The translations under genes were made by a program, and so were the position numbers. Shown piece after piece: positions 1-12,074 of a stretch of 36,829 nt of DNA; the first letter of the stretch is position 1, and the number at the start of each line of letters is the position of its first letter. The notes beneath the pieces were generated by a model. The model saw only the letters and a list, made by a program, of their open reading frames with translations. It did not search any database and was not told the origin of the DNA. The stretch is taken from the NCBI RefSeq assembly GCF_004010195.1, contig NC_057752.1, positions 13,786,300 to 13,823,128 on the forward strand, given 5' to 3'. The stretch is from Chiloscyllium plagiosum. Its lineage: Eukaryota.

Positions 1-340
1 CCAGGGATGTGCAGGTTAGGGTGGATTGGCCATGCTAAATTGTCCCATAGTGCCCAGGGATGTGCAGGTTAGGGTGGATGGGACATGCTAAATTGTCCCA
101 TAGTACCCAGGGATGTGTAGGTTAGGGTAGATTGGCCATGCTAAATTGTCCCATAGTGCCCAGGGATGTGCAGGTTAGGGTGGATTGGCCATGCTAAAAT
201 GCCCCATAGTGCCCAGGGATGTGCAGGTTAGGGTGGGTTAACCATGGGGAAGATGACAGGGCAGGGTGCTGGATCTGAGTGGGATGCTCTTCAGTGCAGA
301 CTCAGTGAGCTGAATGGCAGGCTTTTGCACTGTTAGGCTT
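1..340 (+). mobile_element. HE1-type V-SINE 3' part with internal 53-bp tandem amplification
   Basis: The unit ccagggatgtgcaggttagggtggattggccatgctaaattgtcccatagtgc restarts at 1, 54, 107, 160 and 213, followed by a SINE tail. Confidence 0.8.
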
Positions 341-366
341 CGAAATGAAGATGGGCCATTCCATTG

Positions 367-1238
367 AAGTGGAAGGGTGGGTTAGTAAGTTTGCCGATGA
401 CCCAAAGGTTGATGGAGTGGTGATAGCGTGGAGGGCTGTTGTAGTTGCAGTAGGACATTGACAGGATGCAGAGCTGGGCTAATGGAGTTCAACCTGGAAA
501 AGTGTGTAGTGATTCATTTTGGAAGGTGGAATTTGAATGACGATTACCGGGTTAAAGGCAGGATTCTTGGCAGTGTGGAGGCACGGCGGGAATTTGGGGT
601 CCATGTCCACAGATCCCTCAAAGTTGCCACCCCAGTTGTTAAGAAGGCGTGTGGTGTCGTGGCTTTCATTAGCGGGGGATTGAGTTTAAGAGCCACGAGG
701 TTATGCTGCAGCTCTATAGAGCCCTGGTTAGACCACACTTGGAATATTGTGTTCAGTTCTGGTCACCTCATTATAGGAAGGATGTGGAAGCTTTAGAGAG
801 GGTGCAGAGGAGATTTACCAGGATGCTGCCTGGGCTGGAGGGCAGGTCTTATGTAGAAAAGTTAAGGGAGCCAGGGCTTTTCCTATTTGAGTGAAGAAGG
901 ATGAGAGATGACTTGAGAGAGGTGTATAAGATGACGAGAGACATAGATACAGTGGATAGCCAAAGACTTTTCCCCAGGGTGGAAATGTCTGTTACGAGGG
1001 GGCATAATTTTAAGGTGATTGGAGGAAGGTATAGGGGAGATGTCAGAGGTAGGTTCTTTCCTACCACTGCTGGCAGTGCATTCTATGCACCCACCACACC
1101 CTTTGTACAATCAGGGACATTAGGGACATTTCAGTGATTGTGACAGGCATGTGGATGATAGTAAAATGCAGGGTAGTTTGATCTTCGAGTAGGATAAACG
1201 GTCAGCACCACGTCGAGGGCCGAAGGCCTGTAGTGTCC
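367..1238 (+). mobile_element. CR1/HER1 LINE 3' fragment (RT C-terminus, degraded)
   Basis: SKFADD-type motif and LYRALVRPHLEYCVQFWSPHYRKDVEALERVQRRFTRM. Frameshifted. Confidence 0.9.
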
Positions 1239-1239
1239 T

Positions 1240-1410
1240 ACATTCTATCAAACTTCTCCTTATACCTGAAACCCTCCATTCCCTTTAACATCCTGGTAAA
1301 TCTCTTCTGAACCCTCTCCAGTTTAATAATATCCTTCCTGTAACTGGGTGACCAGAACTGCACACAGTTCTCCAGACGAGACCTCACCAATGTCCTGTAC
1401 AACCTCAACT
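1240..1410 (-). mobile_element. CR1 LINE fragment
   Basis: LYRTLVRSRLENCVQFWSPSYRKDIIKLERVQKRFTRM. Confidence 0.85.
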
Positions 1411-1460
1411 TGAGAATCCCATTTTCCAATATTGGCCCAAAGCTATGTATATTATGGTGT

Positions 1461-2140
1461 GTCATAGAGATGTACAGCATAGAAAACAGACTGTTCGGTC
1501 CAACCTGTCCATGCCGATCAGATATCCCAACGCAGTCTCGTCCCACCTGCCAGCACCCGGCCCATATCCCTCTGAACCCTTCCTATTCATATACCCATCC
1601 AGATGTCTTTTAAATGCTATAATTGTACCAGCCTCCACCACATCCTCTGGCAGCTCACTCCACCCTCTGCATGAAAATGTTGCCCCTTAGGTCCCTTTTA
1701 TATCTTTCCCATCTCACTTTAAACCTGTGCCCTTTAGTTTTGCACACTCTCATCCCAGAGAAAAAACCTTGTCTATTCACCCTATCCATGCCCCTCATAA
1801 TTTTATAAACCTCTAGAAGGTCACCTCTCAGCCTTCGACGCACCAGGGAAAACAGCCCCAGTCTGTTCAGCCTCTCCCTGTAGCTCAAACCCTCCAACCC
1901 TGGCAACATCCTTGTAAGTCTTTTCTGCACCTTTTTAAATTTCGCAACAGCAGGGAGACTAGAATTGCAAACCATATTCCAAAAATGGCCTAACTAATGT
2001 TCTGCACAGCCGCAACATGACCTCCCAACTCCTGTACTCAATGCATTGACCAATAAAGGAAAGCATACCAAACGCCTCCTTCACTATCCTATCTACCTGT
2101 GCCTCCACTTTCAAGGAGCTATGAACCTGCACTCCAAGGT
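1461..2140 (-). mobile_element. HER1/CR1 LINE 3' end
   Basis: RMLPGLEGLSYRERLNRLGLFSL..RRLRGDL and a 3' tail ending ctctatgac. Confidence 0.88.
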
Positions 2141-2654
2141 CTACCTGAATGGTTCCTCAATATTTTGAAAGTTCCTGCCTCAACCAGCCTTTAGGGCAGT
2201 GAGTTCCAGACACCCACTTCCTGTCCTTTGCCTTCAAATCGTGCCACCTAATTATTAACCTTTCTACTGAGGGGAAATGGTTGGCTCGAGCTACTTCATC
2301 TGTTGTTCCTCCGAACATTGTATACCCAAACAATGCAGGCATCCAAACGACAGGGATTGAACACAGGCAGCGTGAGGAAAACAGCACCATTAGTGAATTT
2401 GGGTTTTGCAGGAAACATCGATAAATAATCTCAAAAGCCAATGGAAACATTAACCGGGACTTTGGGATGTGATTCGAAGGTGGTGAGCTGCCCAGAGGGA
2501 AGGGGATCCGCAAACTGACATACGATGAAAGGAAATTTGAGGAAGGGGATGACAATAATGGTGAATCTGAATGGGCTGTACCTCTCACGAGAGGTTTTAC
2601 TCCTGGGGTGAACATGTTAGCCACAGACTTAATTTAGCTGCGCAGATCAACAAT

Positions 2655-2965
2655 CCCTGCAATTCCCCCATTCGGCCCATCGAGTCCAAACCTTCAAAGA
2701 GCATCCCACCCAGACCCACTGCCATACTCTGTAACACTGCATTTCCCATGGCCAATCCCACCCTAACCTGCACATCCCTGGACACTATGGGGCAATTTAG
2801 CACGACCAATCCACCCTAACCTGCACATCTTCGGACTGCGGGAGAAAACCCACACAGACACGGGGAGAATGTGCAAACTCCGAACAGACAGTTGCCTGAG
2901 GGTGGGATTGAACCCGGGTCCCTGGTGCTGGGAGGCAGCCGTGCTAACCGCTGAACCCCCATGCT
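2655..2965 (-). mobile_element. HE1-type tRNA-derived V-SINE
   Basis: A/B box head (ggttcagcggttagcac...gggttcaatccc) and V-domain gatgtgcaggttagggtggattgg. Confidence 0.85.
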
Positions 2966-3069
2966 TAGGCATTTAACTTCTAGTTGTTTTTTGTGACAAG
3001 ACATTCTCATAATCCATTCCAAGGTCAACCATCTCTGCAGCTGATTGGTTAATATGTTAGCATGATTCA

Positions 3070-3602
3070 TATGTAGGACGTGGGTGTCACTGGCTGGGCC
3101 CAGTATTTATGGCCCCGTCCCTAGTTGCCCCCTTGAGAAGGTGGGGGTGAGCTGCCTTCTTGAACCGCTACAGTCCACAATGCCCTGAGGGAGGGAATTC
3201 CAGGATTTTGACCCAGTGACACTGAAGGAATGGTGATATATTTCCAAGTCAGGATGGTGAGGGGCTCGGAGGGGAACTTGCAGGGGGTGGTGTTCCCATG
3301 TATCTGCTGCCCTTGTCCTTCTAGATGGAAGTGGTCGTGGGTTTGGAAGGTGCTGTCTGAGGATCTTGGTGAATATCTGCAGGGCATCTTGTAGATGGTA
3401 CACACTGCTGCTACTGAGCGTCGGTGGGGGGAGGGAGTCGGTGTTTGTGGATGTGGGGCCAATCAAGCGGCTGCTTTGTCCTGGATGGTGTTGAGTTTCT
3501 TGAGTGTTATTGGAGCTGCCCCCATCCAGGGGCAAGTGGGGAGTATTCCCTCACCCTCCTGACTTGTGCCTTGTAGATGGTGAGCAAGCTATGGGAAGTC
3601 AA
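3070..3602 (-). mobile_element. 3' end of a second CR1/L2-group LINE family
   Basis: HRRSVAAVCTIYKM motif. Very similar to 20796-21522. Confidence 0.8.
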
Positions 3603-5804
3603 GTGTCCCAACAGCGTATATCTCTGATGTGCAGGATTTGTTCCTTATGTGGTGTTGTTCTTTGAAGTCTTATTCAGTTCCTCACCCATCGGGTCTGTGG
3701 TGTGACATTATTGATGATCTTTTAGATTCTTTCCCCGTCCAAAATATTGATTTCTCTCTGGGATCCTCGAGCCTGCAGCTTCCTTCCTTATCAGAGGTAG
3801 TTCCTCTGTTCCTTGTTACACTTGGCCTTAACTCTCTGCTTGAAGACGCATCCTGTCTTGCAATCAACTCCTTCAATTCTTTCGCAGCGCAGTCATTTGT
3901 CCTTCTGGCCTACTGCAGCCAGTTAGTGAGCTGATGTCAAAATGGTTTTGTTAATATAGCTAGTTGCTTTCAATTCCCTCTGTAACAGCATGCCTTTGTC
4001 CCTTTATTCCAGAGTTATTGCTCATCCCTGTATCTTCTTTCATCCTGGATGGAAGAACTGGATGGATGGACTCTTTCCATCCATGAGCAGTTATTAAAGA
4101 ATCCTAAAGTTTATTATATCACACCCATCTCTGTGGACCTCTTCCCTCCCATGCTTATCTGATTTCCATTCAAAATGAGTTGTCATCTCCACTTTCACCA
4201 CCTCCATGCCCAGTCACTGGGTTAAAAACAAAGTTCTCCCTCGCTTTTCTCTGCTGGCTCCCCAGCCACTACCCAAAACCAGAAATCTTAGGCCCCTAAG
4301 CCTTGTACCAAGAATAATGTACTCTTATGTAAACCTTATAACCACGAACATCTCGATCAATTCTCCCCTCAATCTCCTTCGTTCCAACGAACTCGACTCC
4401 AGCTTCTCCAAACCAAGCCTCTAACTGACCCCCTCCTCCCAACAAGACTTTGGAAATATTTGTGTAGACCACCTTTCAATCCTTCCTGAAGTGTGATGAA
4501 TGGAACTCAGCAAAATCCTCCAGTTGTAGACCAGCCGGAGTGTCTCTATTAAGTTCCATGTGGCACTCCACGTAACGATAGGCCATTTCGTTTAACACCT
4601 GTCTATTGTAAAGGATGTGCAGTAATAGCAGAGCATTTTGCAATACGTAATGTAATCAAGCAGGGTCAGCAGGGTTCCAGGAAGGGGAAATGATGTCTGA
4701 CAAACTTACTGGAATTCTTTGAGGAGGTAACAAGCCGGAGAGGTAAAGGGGGAGTGGTGAGTGTAATATATTGGATGTTCAGAAGCTTGTTTGATAAGGT
4801 GCTGCACATTAGGTTACTGAATAAGATAACAGCCCATGGTTTTGGGGGCAGTATATGAGCATGGTTTGAGGATTGGTGAACTGAGAAAAGACAGAGAGTA
4901 GAGATAAGGGGGCCATTTTCAGGATGGCCACCCATCACTCGTGGAGTACCACGGGTGACTCTAAGTACTTTTTAAAAGGTTGTGAGGTTACCAGTCTAAA
5001 CTACCCTCCCAGGCAGTGCATTCTATACCCCCTCACCACCCTCTGGGTCAAAAACATTTACCTCAAAACAACCTTTTTAAAAGCTAAACTAACTGAGAAA
5101 AGACAGAGTAGGGATAAGGGGGCCATTTTAAGGATGGCCACCCATCACTCGTGGAGTACCACGGGGGTCATTGCTGGAGCCACAATTATTGCCAATATAC
5201 ATTACTGGATGAGGAAAGTGCATGTACTGTACCCACGTTTGTGAATAACACAGAAATAGGTGGGAAGGCAAGGGGTGAGGATGACACACTGAGTCTGCAG
5301 AGGGATCTAGACAGGTTAGGCCAGTGGCAAAAACTTGGCACATGGAATACAATGTGGGGAAAACTGTGAGGTTGTCCACTTTGGCAGGAAGAATAGAGGA
5401 GCTGAATATTATTTAAAGGGAGAAAGACTGCAGAAAGCTACAGAGCAGAGAGATTTGGGAATCCTTAGCCGTGAATCACGAAAAGCTAGCATCCAAGTCC
5501 AGCGGGGAATAGGGAAGGCCAAGGGAATGTTGGTCTTTATTCCAAAGGGAATGGAGTATAAAAATCAGGAGGATTTGCTAAACCTACACAAGGCACTGGT
5601 CAGACCATAGCTGGGATACTGTGAACAGGTTTGGATCCCTTTCCCTGAGGAAAGACAGACTGACATTGGAGGCAGCCCAGAGAAGGTCCACTCGGCTGAT
5701 CCCGGGTATGGAGGGACTGTCCCATGAGGAGAGGTTGAGGAGGTTGGGCCTGGACTCATTGGGGTTTAGAAGAATGAGAGACGACCTTATTGAAACATCT
5801 AAGA

Positions 5805-6167
5805 NNNNNNNNNNNNNNNNNNNNNNNNNNNNNNNNNNNNNNNNNNNNNNNNNNNNNNNNNNNNNNNNNNNNNNNNNNNNNNNNNNNNNNNNNNNNNNNN
5901 NNNNNNNNNNNNNNNNNNNNNNNNNNNNNNNNNNNNNNNNNNNNNNNNNNNNNNNNNNNNNNNNNNNNNNNNNNNNNNNNNNNNNNNNNNNNNNNNNNNN
6001 NNNNNNNNNNNNNNNNNNNNNNNNNNNNNNNNNNNNNNNNNNNNNNNNNNNNNNNNNNNNNNNNNNNNNNNNNNNNNNNNNNNNNNNNNNNNNNNNNNNN
6101 NNNNNNNNNNNNNNNNNNNNNNNNNNNNNNNNNNNNNNNNNNNNNNNNNNNNNNNNNNNNNNNNNNN
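5805..6167. other. Assembly gap, 363 N
   Basis: Run of N. Confidence 1.
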
Positions 6168-6433
6168 TCCAGTGCCTCCACGTCCTTCCTATAGTATGGC
6201 GACCAAAACTGCACACAGTACTCCAGATGCGGCCGCACCAGAGTCTTTTTCAACTGCAACATGACCTCAGTACTCTGGAACTCAATTCCTCTACCAATAA
6301 AAGCCAGTACGGCATATGCCTTCTTCACCGCACTATTTACCTGGGTGGCAACTTTCAAAGATCTGTGTACATGGACACCAAGATCCCTCTGCTCATCCAC
6401 ACTACCAAGTATCCGACCATTAGCCCAGTACCC
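6168..6433 (-). mobile_element. 5'-truncated CR1 nested in the + strand CR1; 3' part lost in gap
   Basis: EQRDLGVHVHRSLKVATQV...LVRPHLEYCVQFWSPYYRKDVEAL. Candidate TSD catc(t/c)aaga at 5796-5804 and 6434-6442. Confidence 0.85.
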
Positions 6434-8671
6434 CATCCAAGATTCCCTGGGGGACTTGACAGGGGGGATGTGGAGAGGTTGTTTCCCCTTGTGGGAGAGA
6501 GTCTAGGACCAGAGGGTACAATCCCAGAATAAGGGGTCACCCATTGCAGACAGAGATGAGGAGGAATTTCTTCCCTCAGAGGGGAGTGAGTTTGTGGAAT
6601 TCTTTCCCACCGAGGGCTGTCGGGGCTGGGTCAGTGAGTATATTCAAGGCAGGGACAGAGAGATGTTTAATCAGGAAGGGGAATGGAGGGGTGATGGGGA
6701 AAGGGCAGGAAAGTGGAGTTGGGGATTATCGGATCAGTCGTGACCTCTTTGAATGGTGGAGCAGACTCGATGGGCTGAATGACCTAATTCATCTCCTCTG
6801 CCTCATAGAGCTCAGAAAGACACTATCATTTTAAGGCAACTAGTTGACATCACACTGTAGAGTGAGTCTTCATCTTACTCTCTGCATTCAATTAGTAGAC
6901 AGTGAACTAGTCAATAAACCATGTTTGCAGTATTAATGGAAGCATTTGATCGGATTTTGTGGTGTGATGGTAAAGGTCCCTACCTCTGGACCCAGAGGCC
7001 TGGGTTCAAGGTCCACCTGCTCCAGAGCTGTGTCATAATATCTCTGAACAGGTTGGTTTTAAAAATACTTTGCACTCTATGTTGGGGACCACCGTAAATC
7101 TGTATAGTTGGGAGCAGGAGAAAGGGACATTGGTAGGTCAAATGAGCAGGCACAACTGTGACAGTTCAGGCTATAAACCAGACTGCATATTTAAGCGTGA
7201 GAGGTCATATTTGTATACATTGTTGTCAATAAGCTTCCAGATATCTGACTCAATACTATGCCACCTCCGTGCTCTGTGTTACGTGGGCTAACCCATAGAA
7301 AACTTGAAGAAGCATATCAGAACCTGACACCAGTGAGGAACACCGATGCGAGCACACTGAAGACTGGAATTGTATTTGTCATCTTCATACATCAATCATC
7401 ATAACGTGGCCTGGGAGTAACTTAGCACGTTTATGAAGCAACTGTTCCTGAGTTGCCCAGGATCTTGCTCCATCTTCTGCACCAAACAATGCTGGATCTT
7501 CCTTTCGTTTCGCACATCTTCTCTCCCGTGATCGGGAGGGAGCTGAGTCACACACAACTCCCTTCAGGCAGCTGTAGGCTTGAGTGGCTCAGCCTCGGAT
7601 TTTGCCTCTGTCTCTCCCAGGAGGCCTTACTCTGGCGGAGTACGTGGGGACATTGAGAATGACGGACGCTAAAACTCTACCTGTTGCGTGCAGTATGTCA
7701 GGAGGCGGAGACGCTGCTCGTTTGCTGTCAGCCTTCAGGCATCGCCAACGAGTTGTGCTTTCCCGCCTCCCTGAGAGCCAATCAGAGGGAGAGGTTACCA
7801 CTGTTGGCGGGTCCCAGGGAGAGACTATGGGAGAGGAGGGTGACAGGCATAACACCGCTTACCATCCATCGAACCTCACCACCCCCCCTTCCCTCCCCAA
7901 CCATTGATCAGCTGCCCCCTCTCCAGTGTTCCATATAAAATCCGGACCAGATTCTCAATGAACTGCAGAATTCAGGACTGCCAAATCTCCCGATACAAAC
8001 TTAAAACATAGAACAGTGCAGCTCAGTACAGGCCCTCTGGGCCTCAATGTTGTGCCGGCCTTTTATCCTACTCTAAGATCAGGCTAACCTACAAACCCTT
8101 CATTTTACTGTCTTCCAAGTAGAATTGTTTCTCCAGCTAAATGCAGTCAGTGAAGGAGGGTGACAAAATACAAATGACGCTTGTGAGATTGATCCTGCGG
8201 ACAGGCAACAGGGTCACTGAGGAAATTACCTGAGCATCTCTGCTCTGGCTACGGCTTAGGTCGTGGTAGGCAGGGTGACATTTGATAGCTGCCTGCCTTG
8301 ATGGCTCATTTGGGGGTGGAGTGGGGTTAACTTTGACAGGAGATGCTCAGAGACCCAGTTTTTGTTATCGCCCTGTCCTCTAGGGGGCTTCCTCCCCCAC
8401 CAAAGCAACTTGGGAGAGTTCCTAGAAAAATGTCTCAATCCATCTGATTTGTAATGGATCCTCATCCAGCCATGAAATTGTACACAGTACCCACACTCTA
8501 ACAGCAGAGTCCCCCGCTGTTGACTTTTACCCAGTGACACACTCCGCTGTCACACACACACACCCTCCTCCAGACAGTGGACAGGGGGTGAAAACTAGTG
8601 AGGGTTAAAAGTTGTGGATGAATTGTCCAGGCTCATGTGTGAATCATATCTCCTTGAACTCAGAACCAGAG

Positions 8672-8806
8672 GCTGTTGCTATAACACTGTATTCTGCATT
8701 CTGTTGTATTACCCTGAGGTCCTGATGTCGGGGATGGTTTGTCTAGATAGCACGCAAAACAATACCTTTTCACTGTATCTCGGGACATGTGACAATAAGA
8801 AATCAA
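8672..8806 (+). mobile_element. LINE 3' tail fragment (Rex/Babar-like)
   Basis: Ends cttttcactgtatctcgggacatgtgacaataagaaatcaa, a tail pattern recalled from fish and shark Rex/Babar-type elements. Confidence 0.45.
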
Positions 8807-9008
8807 ACACTGTAGAACCCGCGAATCCTCAGCTATGGTCACAAAACAAGGAAACAGTTGTAAATAAGGATCGAACCTTTGTTAGAGTGAGCACTGTGCG
8901 ATTTCAGGACTGGCCAGTCACGAGAGTCGAAACTGAGTCCTGTTGACAGTCCAGTATGTAACGCGTTAACCCCTGCTGGTCTCAGTGTGTGTATTTTACA
9001 TCTTCCAG

Positions 9009-9101
9009 TGCAGCTCGAAACAGACGGACACCAGGCATTTTTTGTCATCAAAATCCGACATGCCACCATCCCAAAACTATACAGCTCTGAAGACCAGCCA
9101 G
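9009..9101 (+). CDS. B4GALNT1: Internal coding exon (93 nt, phase 1/1) of beta-1,4-N-acetylgalactosaminyltransferase 1-like gene
   Basis: Acceptor ttttacatcttccag, donor gtcagt. Translates (V)QLETDGHQAFFVIKIRHATIPKLYSSEDQP(G), resembling human B4GALNT1 [25 protein letters not shown]. The final G joins GC at 12243 to give Gly in frame. Not shown in the ORF track in this frame. Confidence 0.88.
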
Positions 9102-9734
9102 GTCAGTGTTTTTAATCCAGGGCTAATGGACGTCTTCTGTATAAATCCCACAACAGAACCAGTCCCGTGTAGAGTAGAGCCTGTGTCTTTAGTGACAGGG
9201 TCGCTTTTAATGCCACCTCTGAAGGATGTGGGATCCCTGTTATTTTCCAACTGTCGATTGGCAAGGGTTGGTTTCGGTTGGCATTCTTCCAGCGGAATTT
9301 TTATTTTCCTGTCAGTTCTGCTCCCGAGGCCACAACGCTACTGCGTCATTCTTGGGTGGGAGGTCGCGGCATAAAAATAGGAGTCGAATGCTTTTGGAAC
9401 GGGACAGCACTGGTTTTGCGTGCGCAATGGCGCCAATTTTGACTGAAGCGCTCAAAAAGGAAAGCTTGCAAGGCCTGTTCTCACTGTTGCAGCGTTTAAA
9501 ATGTGCGCGAAGTATTTTTATTCTCCAGCTCCTCTTTGCCTGGGCCCTTGCAAGTGCCGTGGGCCCTCTGGGTCAACATGCCTGCGCCAGTGTCCTTCCC
9601 CTGCCAGCTGCTTGTGCCACGGGAAGCTCTGTCCCCACTCCCAGCTGGGATCAGTAACGTGTGCATCCTTGCTCTCTCTCCTTTGAGAGAGAGCGAGAGA
9701 GCACCTAACCCGACCTTCTAAACCTTGCTTAGTC

Positions 9735-10075
9735 TTCAATTGCTAAATTGCTCGTGTGCAAACCAGAGACCCAAGTTAATTCTATGGGGCATGGGTTCAA
9801 ATCCCACCGTGGCCAATGGTGAATTTGAATCAAATAAAATACCGAATGAAGAGTTGGTTTAATGGTGGCCATCGTTAATTGTCGTTTAAAACCCATCTGG
9901 TTTCATTAATGCCCTCAAGGAACATGTAGGGAAGGAAATCTGCTGTCCTTACCCAGTCTGGGCCTACACGTGCCTCCAGACCCACAGCCAATGTGGTTGA
10001 CTTAACCACTCTCTGAAATGGTCCTGGCAAAATTACTCGGTTCAGGGGATAATTAGGGGTGGGCAATAAATGCAT
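9735..10075 (+). mobile_element. tRNA-derived SINE of a second family (degraded)
   Basis: B-box gggttcaaatccc. Body similar to 12571-12898, tail aattaggggtgggcaataaatgc. Confidence 0.7.
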
Positions 10076-10205
10076 CTTGAACTGCTGCAGTCCATGTGCT
10101 ATTGGTGGACCCACAGTGCCTTTAGGTAGGGAATTCCAGGATTTTGGATCCAAAATGTTTAAGGATATCAAGCCTACAGTTTTCTTGCTGAAGCTCTACC
10201 CGAGC

Positions 10206-10530
10206 AGACAATGGCCCAGTGGTTAGCACTGCTGCCTCACAGTGCCAGGGACCTGGGTTCGATTCCTGCCTCGGGCGACTGTGTGGAGTTTGCATATTCT
10301 CCCCGTGTCTGTGTGGGTTTCCACTGGTTTCCTCCCACAGTCCAAAGATGTTCAGGTTAGGTGGATTGGTTGTGGGAAATTGCCCATAGTGTTCAGGGAT
10401 GTGCAGGCTGGCTGGATCAGCCATGGAAAATGTAGGGTTACAGAGTCTGAGTGGGATGCTCCCCAGGGGGTGGGTGCAGACTCGATGGGCCAAACGGTCT
10501 GTTCCCCCACTGTAGGGATTCAGGCAATTT
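10206..10530 (+). mobile_element. HE1-type V-SINE
   Basis: tggcccagtggttagcactgctgcctcacag...gggttcgattcc head, V-domain, tail cactgtagggattc. Confidence 0.88.
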
Positions 10531-10539
10531 AACCGAGTC

Positions 10540-10716
10540 AAAATACTGACCCAGTTTGAGGAAACTCGGGCAGCATCTGTGTAGAGAGAAAGGGGAAAAA
10601 CAGTTAATGTTTCGAATCAGGTATAACACTTCATCAGGATTCTGCCCTGAAGAAGGGTGACTGCTTCGCTCTCTCCACAGGTCTGCCAGACCCTGCTGAG
10701 TTTCTCTGGGCAGTTC
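10540..10716. mobile_element. Degenerate palindromic element of a related older family
   Basis: gaaactcgggcagcatctgtgtagagagaa ... ctctctccacaggtctgccagaccctgctgagtttc are inverted relatives. The minus strand has a CUGAUGAA...GAAACAUU remnant at 10603-10640 and the + strand has a ctgaagaagg remnant. Confidence 0.5.
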
Positions 10717-11322
10717 GAAACAATGGCCCCTCTTGAGAATGGCAACCTCATGAAATGCTTAATCTTGAAAGCAAAGCTTACGGTTTCAGGATGTCCCTAG
10801 GGTAAATATGGTCATCATTTGGCAGCAAACATGCAGATGCAAAGCACCCACCCACCAAAGTCTGAAGACCCGGTCACCTATTTTTGTCATGTTGACTGAG
10901 GCATAAGTATTGACCTGGAAAAACCCCCTTCGATATAATGCTGTAAGATCTTTTGTTTAATATCCTTTCCAGTACTGTATCAGTCTTCTAATACAAATGG
11001 CTGGCAAACTGGCAAAGCCAGTTCGGAAGCGGTGGAGTGCGGGTTTTCCACAGGAAGAACTCTCGATCGGATCATCACCGAGGAGCGCATAGTTGGGGTC
11101 AGGTGTGAGCAAAGGCCAGGCTTCTGGCCTACAGTTGCAGATGTGGTCCTGCCTGTTGTCAGGTGTGCAGTGCAACCTGAGAGTCCTCTGACTGAGTTCA
11201 TTGTGGGCTCACCTTCTTCTTTAAGAGAAACTTTTTCGGAACACCTTGATCAACAGAGAGAGAGAGAGAGAGAAAAAAAATGCTAGATTTGGGAAGAAAA
11301 AGAGATTGGAAGGAAGGTGAAA

Positions 11323-11645
11323 GCAGGCAGCACAGTGGCTCAGTGGTTAGCACTGCTGCCTCAAAGCGCCAGGGACCCGCCGCATTCGATTCCAGCCTCG
11401 GGCGAGTCTGTGTGGAGTTTGCAGATTCTCCCCGTGTCTGCGTGGGTTTCCTCCGGGTGCTCCGGTTTCCTCCCACTGTCCAAAGATGTGCAGGTTAGGG
11501 TGGATGGGCCACACTAGGTTGCCCCATTGCGTGCAGATTAAATGGCTTAGCCATGGTTCATGTCGGGTTTCAGGGATTGGGTGGGATGCTCTTTGGCTGT
11601 GCACTCAATGGGCCAAATAGCCTGCAATTGTAGGAATTCTAGAAA
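11323..11645 (+). mobile_element. HE1-type V-SINE
   Basis: ggcagcacagtggctcagtggttagcactgctgcc head and V-domain. Confidence 0.88.
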
Positions 11646-11749
11646 TGCATTAAGTCCTGACCCAGTGCACTGCCTCAAGATTTGAACTCAACCAGTAAGA
11701 AAGATATTCTGCTTTCACACAATAACGCTACAAATGAGTGATGGTCTCA

Positions 11750-12074
11750 TCTAGATTAGATTAGATTAGATTAGATTACAGTGTGGAAACAGGCCCTTCG
11801 GCCCAACAAGTCCACACCGACCCGCCGAAGCGAAACCCACCCATACCCCTACATTTACCCCTTACCTAACACTACGGGCAATTTAGTATGGCCAATTCAC
11901 CTAACCTGCACATCTTTGGACTGTGGGAGGAAACCGGAGCACCCGGAGGAAACCCACACAGTCACGGGGAGAATGTGCAAACTCCACACAGTCAGTCGCC
12001 TGAGGCGGGAATTGAACCCGGGTCTCTGGCGCTGCGAGGCAGCAGTGCTAACCACTGTGCCACCGTGCCGCCCA
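11750..12074 (-). mobile_element. HE1-type V-SINE, young, with (TCTAA)n tail
   Basis: Full head to tail, with (ttaga)n at 11751-11778. Confidence 0.92.

Larger units (their letters stand above)
4600..6810 (+). mobile_element. Degraded CR1 LINE RT region to 3' end, interrupted by two insertions and the 363-N gap
   Basis: CLTNLLEFFEEVT, CEVVHFGRKNRGAEYYLKGERL, AQRRSTRLIPGMEGLSHEERL. The sequence resumes at 6434. Confidence 0.85.

Noticed and set aside
1..246. Regular repeats as a possible CRISPR array
   Set aside because: Head-to-tail units without unique spacers, SINE-derived, in a eukaryotic context.
2157..2624. 155-aa minus-strand ORF
   Set aside because: No recognisable domain, and it ends in a CR1 3' fragment.
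4046..4083. Short inverted repeat tggatggaa/ttccatcca
   Set aside because: 9-bp arms in tgga low-complexity sequence; no supporting structure.
5584..6532. Long ORFs spanning the first gap (likewise 21319-22200 at the second gap)
   Set aside because: Artefacts of N runs translated as X.
11323..11400. tRNA-like A/B boxes here and at other SINE heads
   Set aside because: They are SINE promoters continuing into SINE bodies, not tRNA genes.
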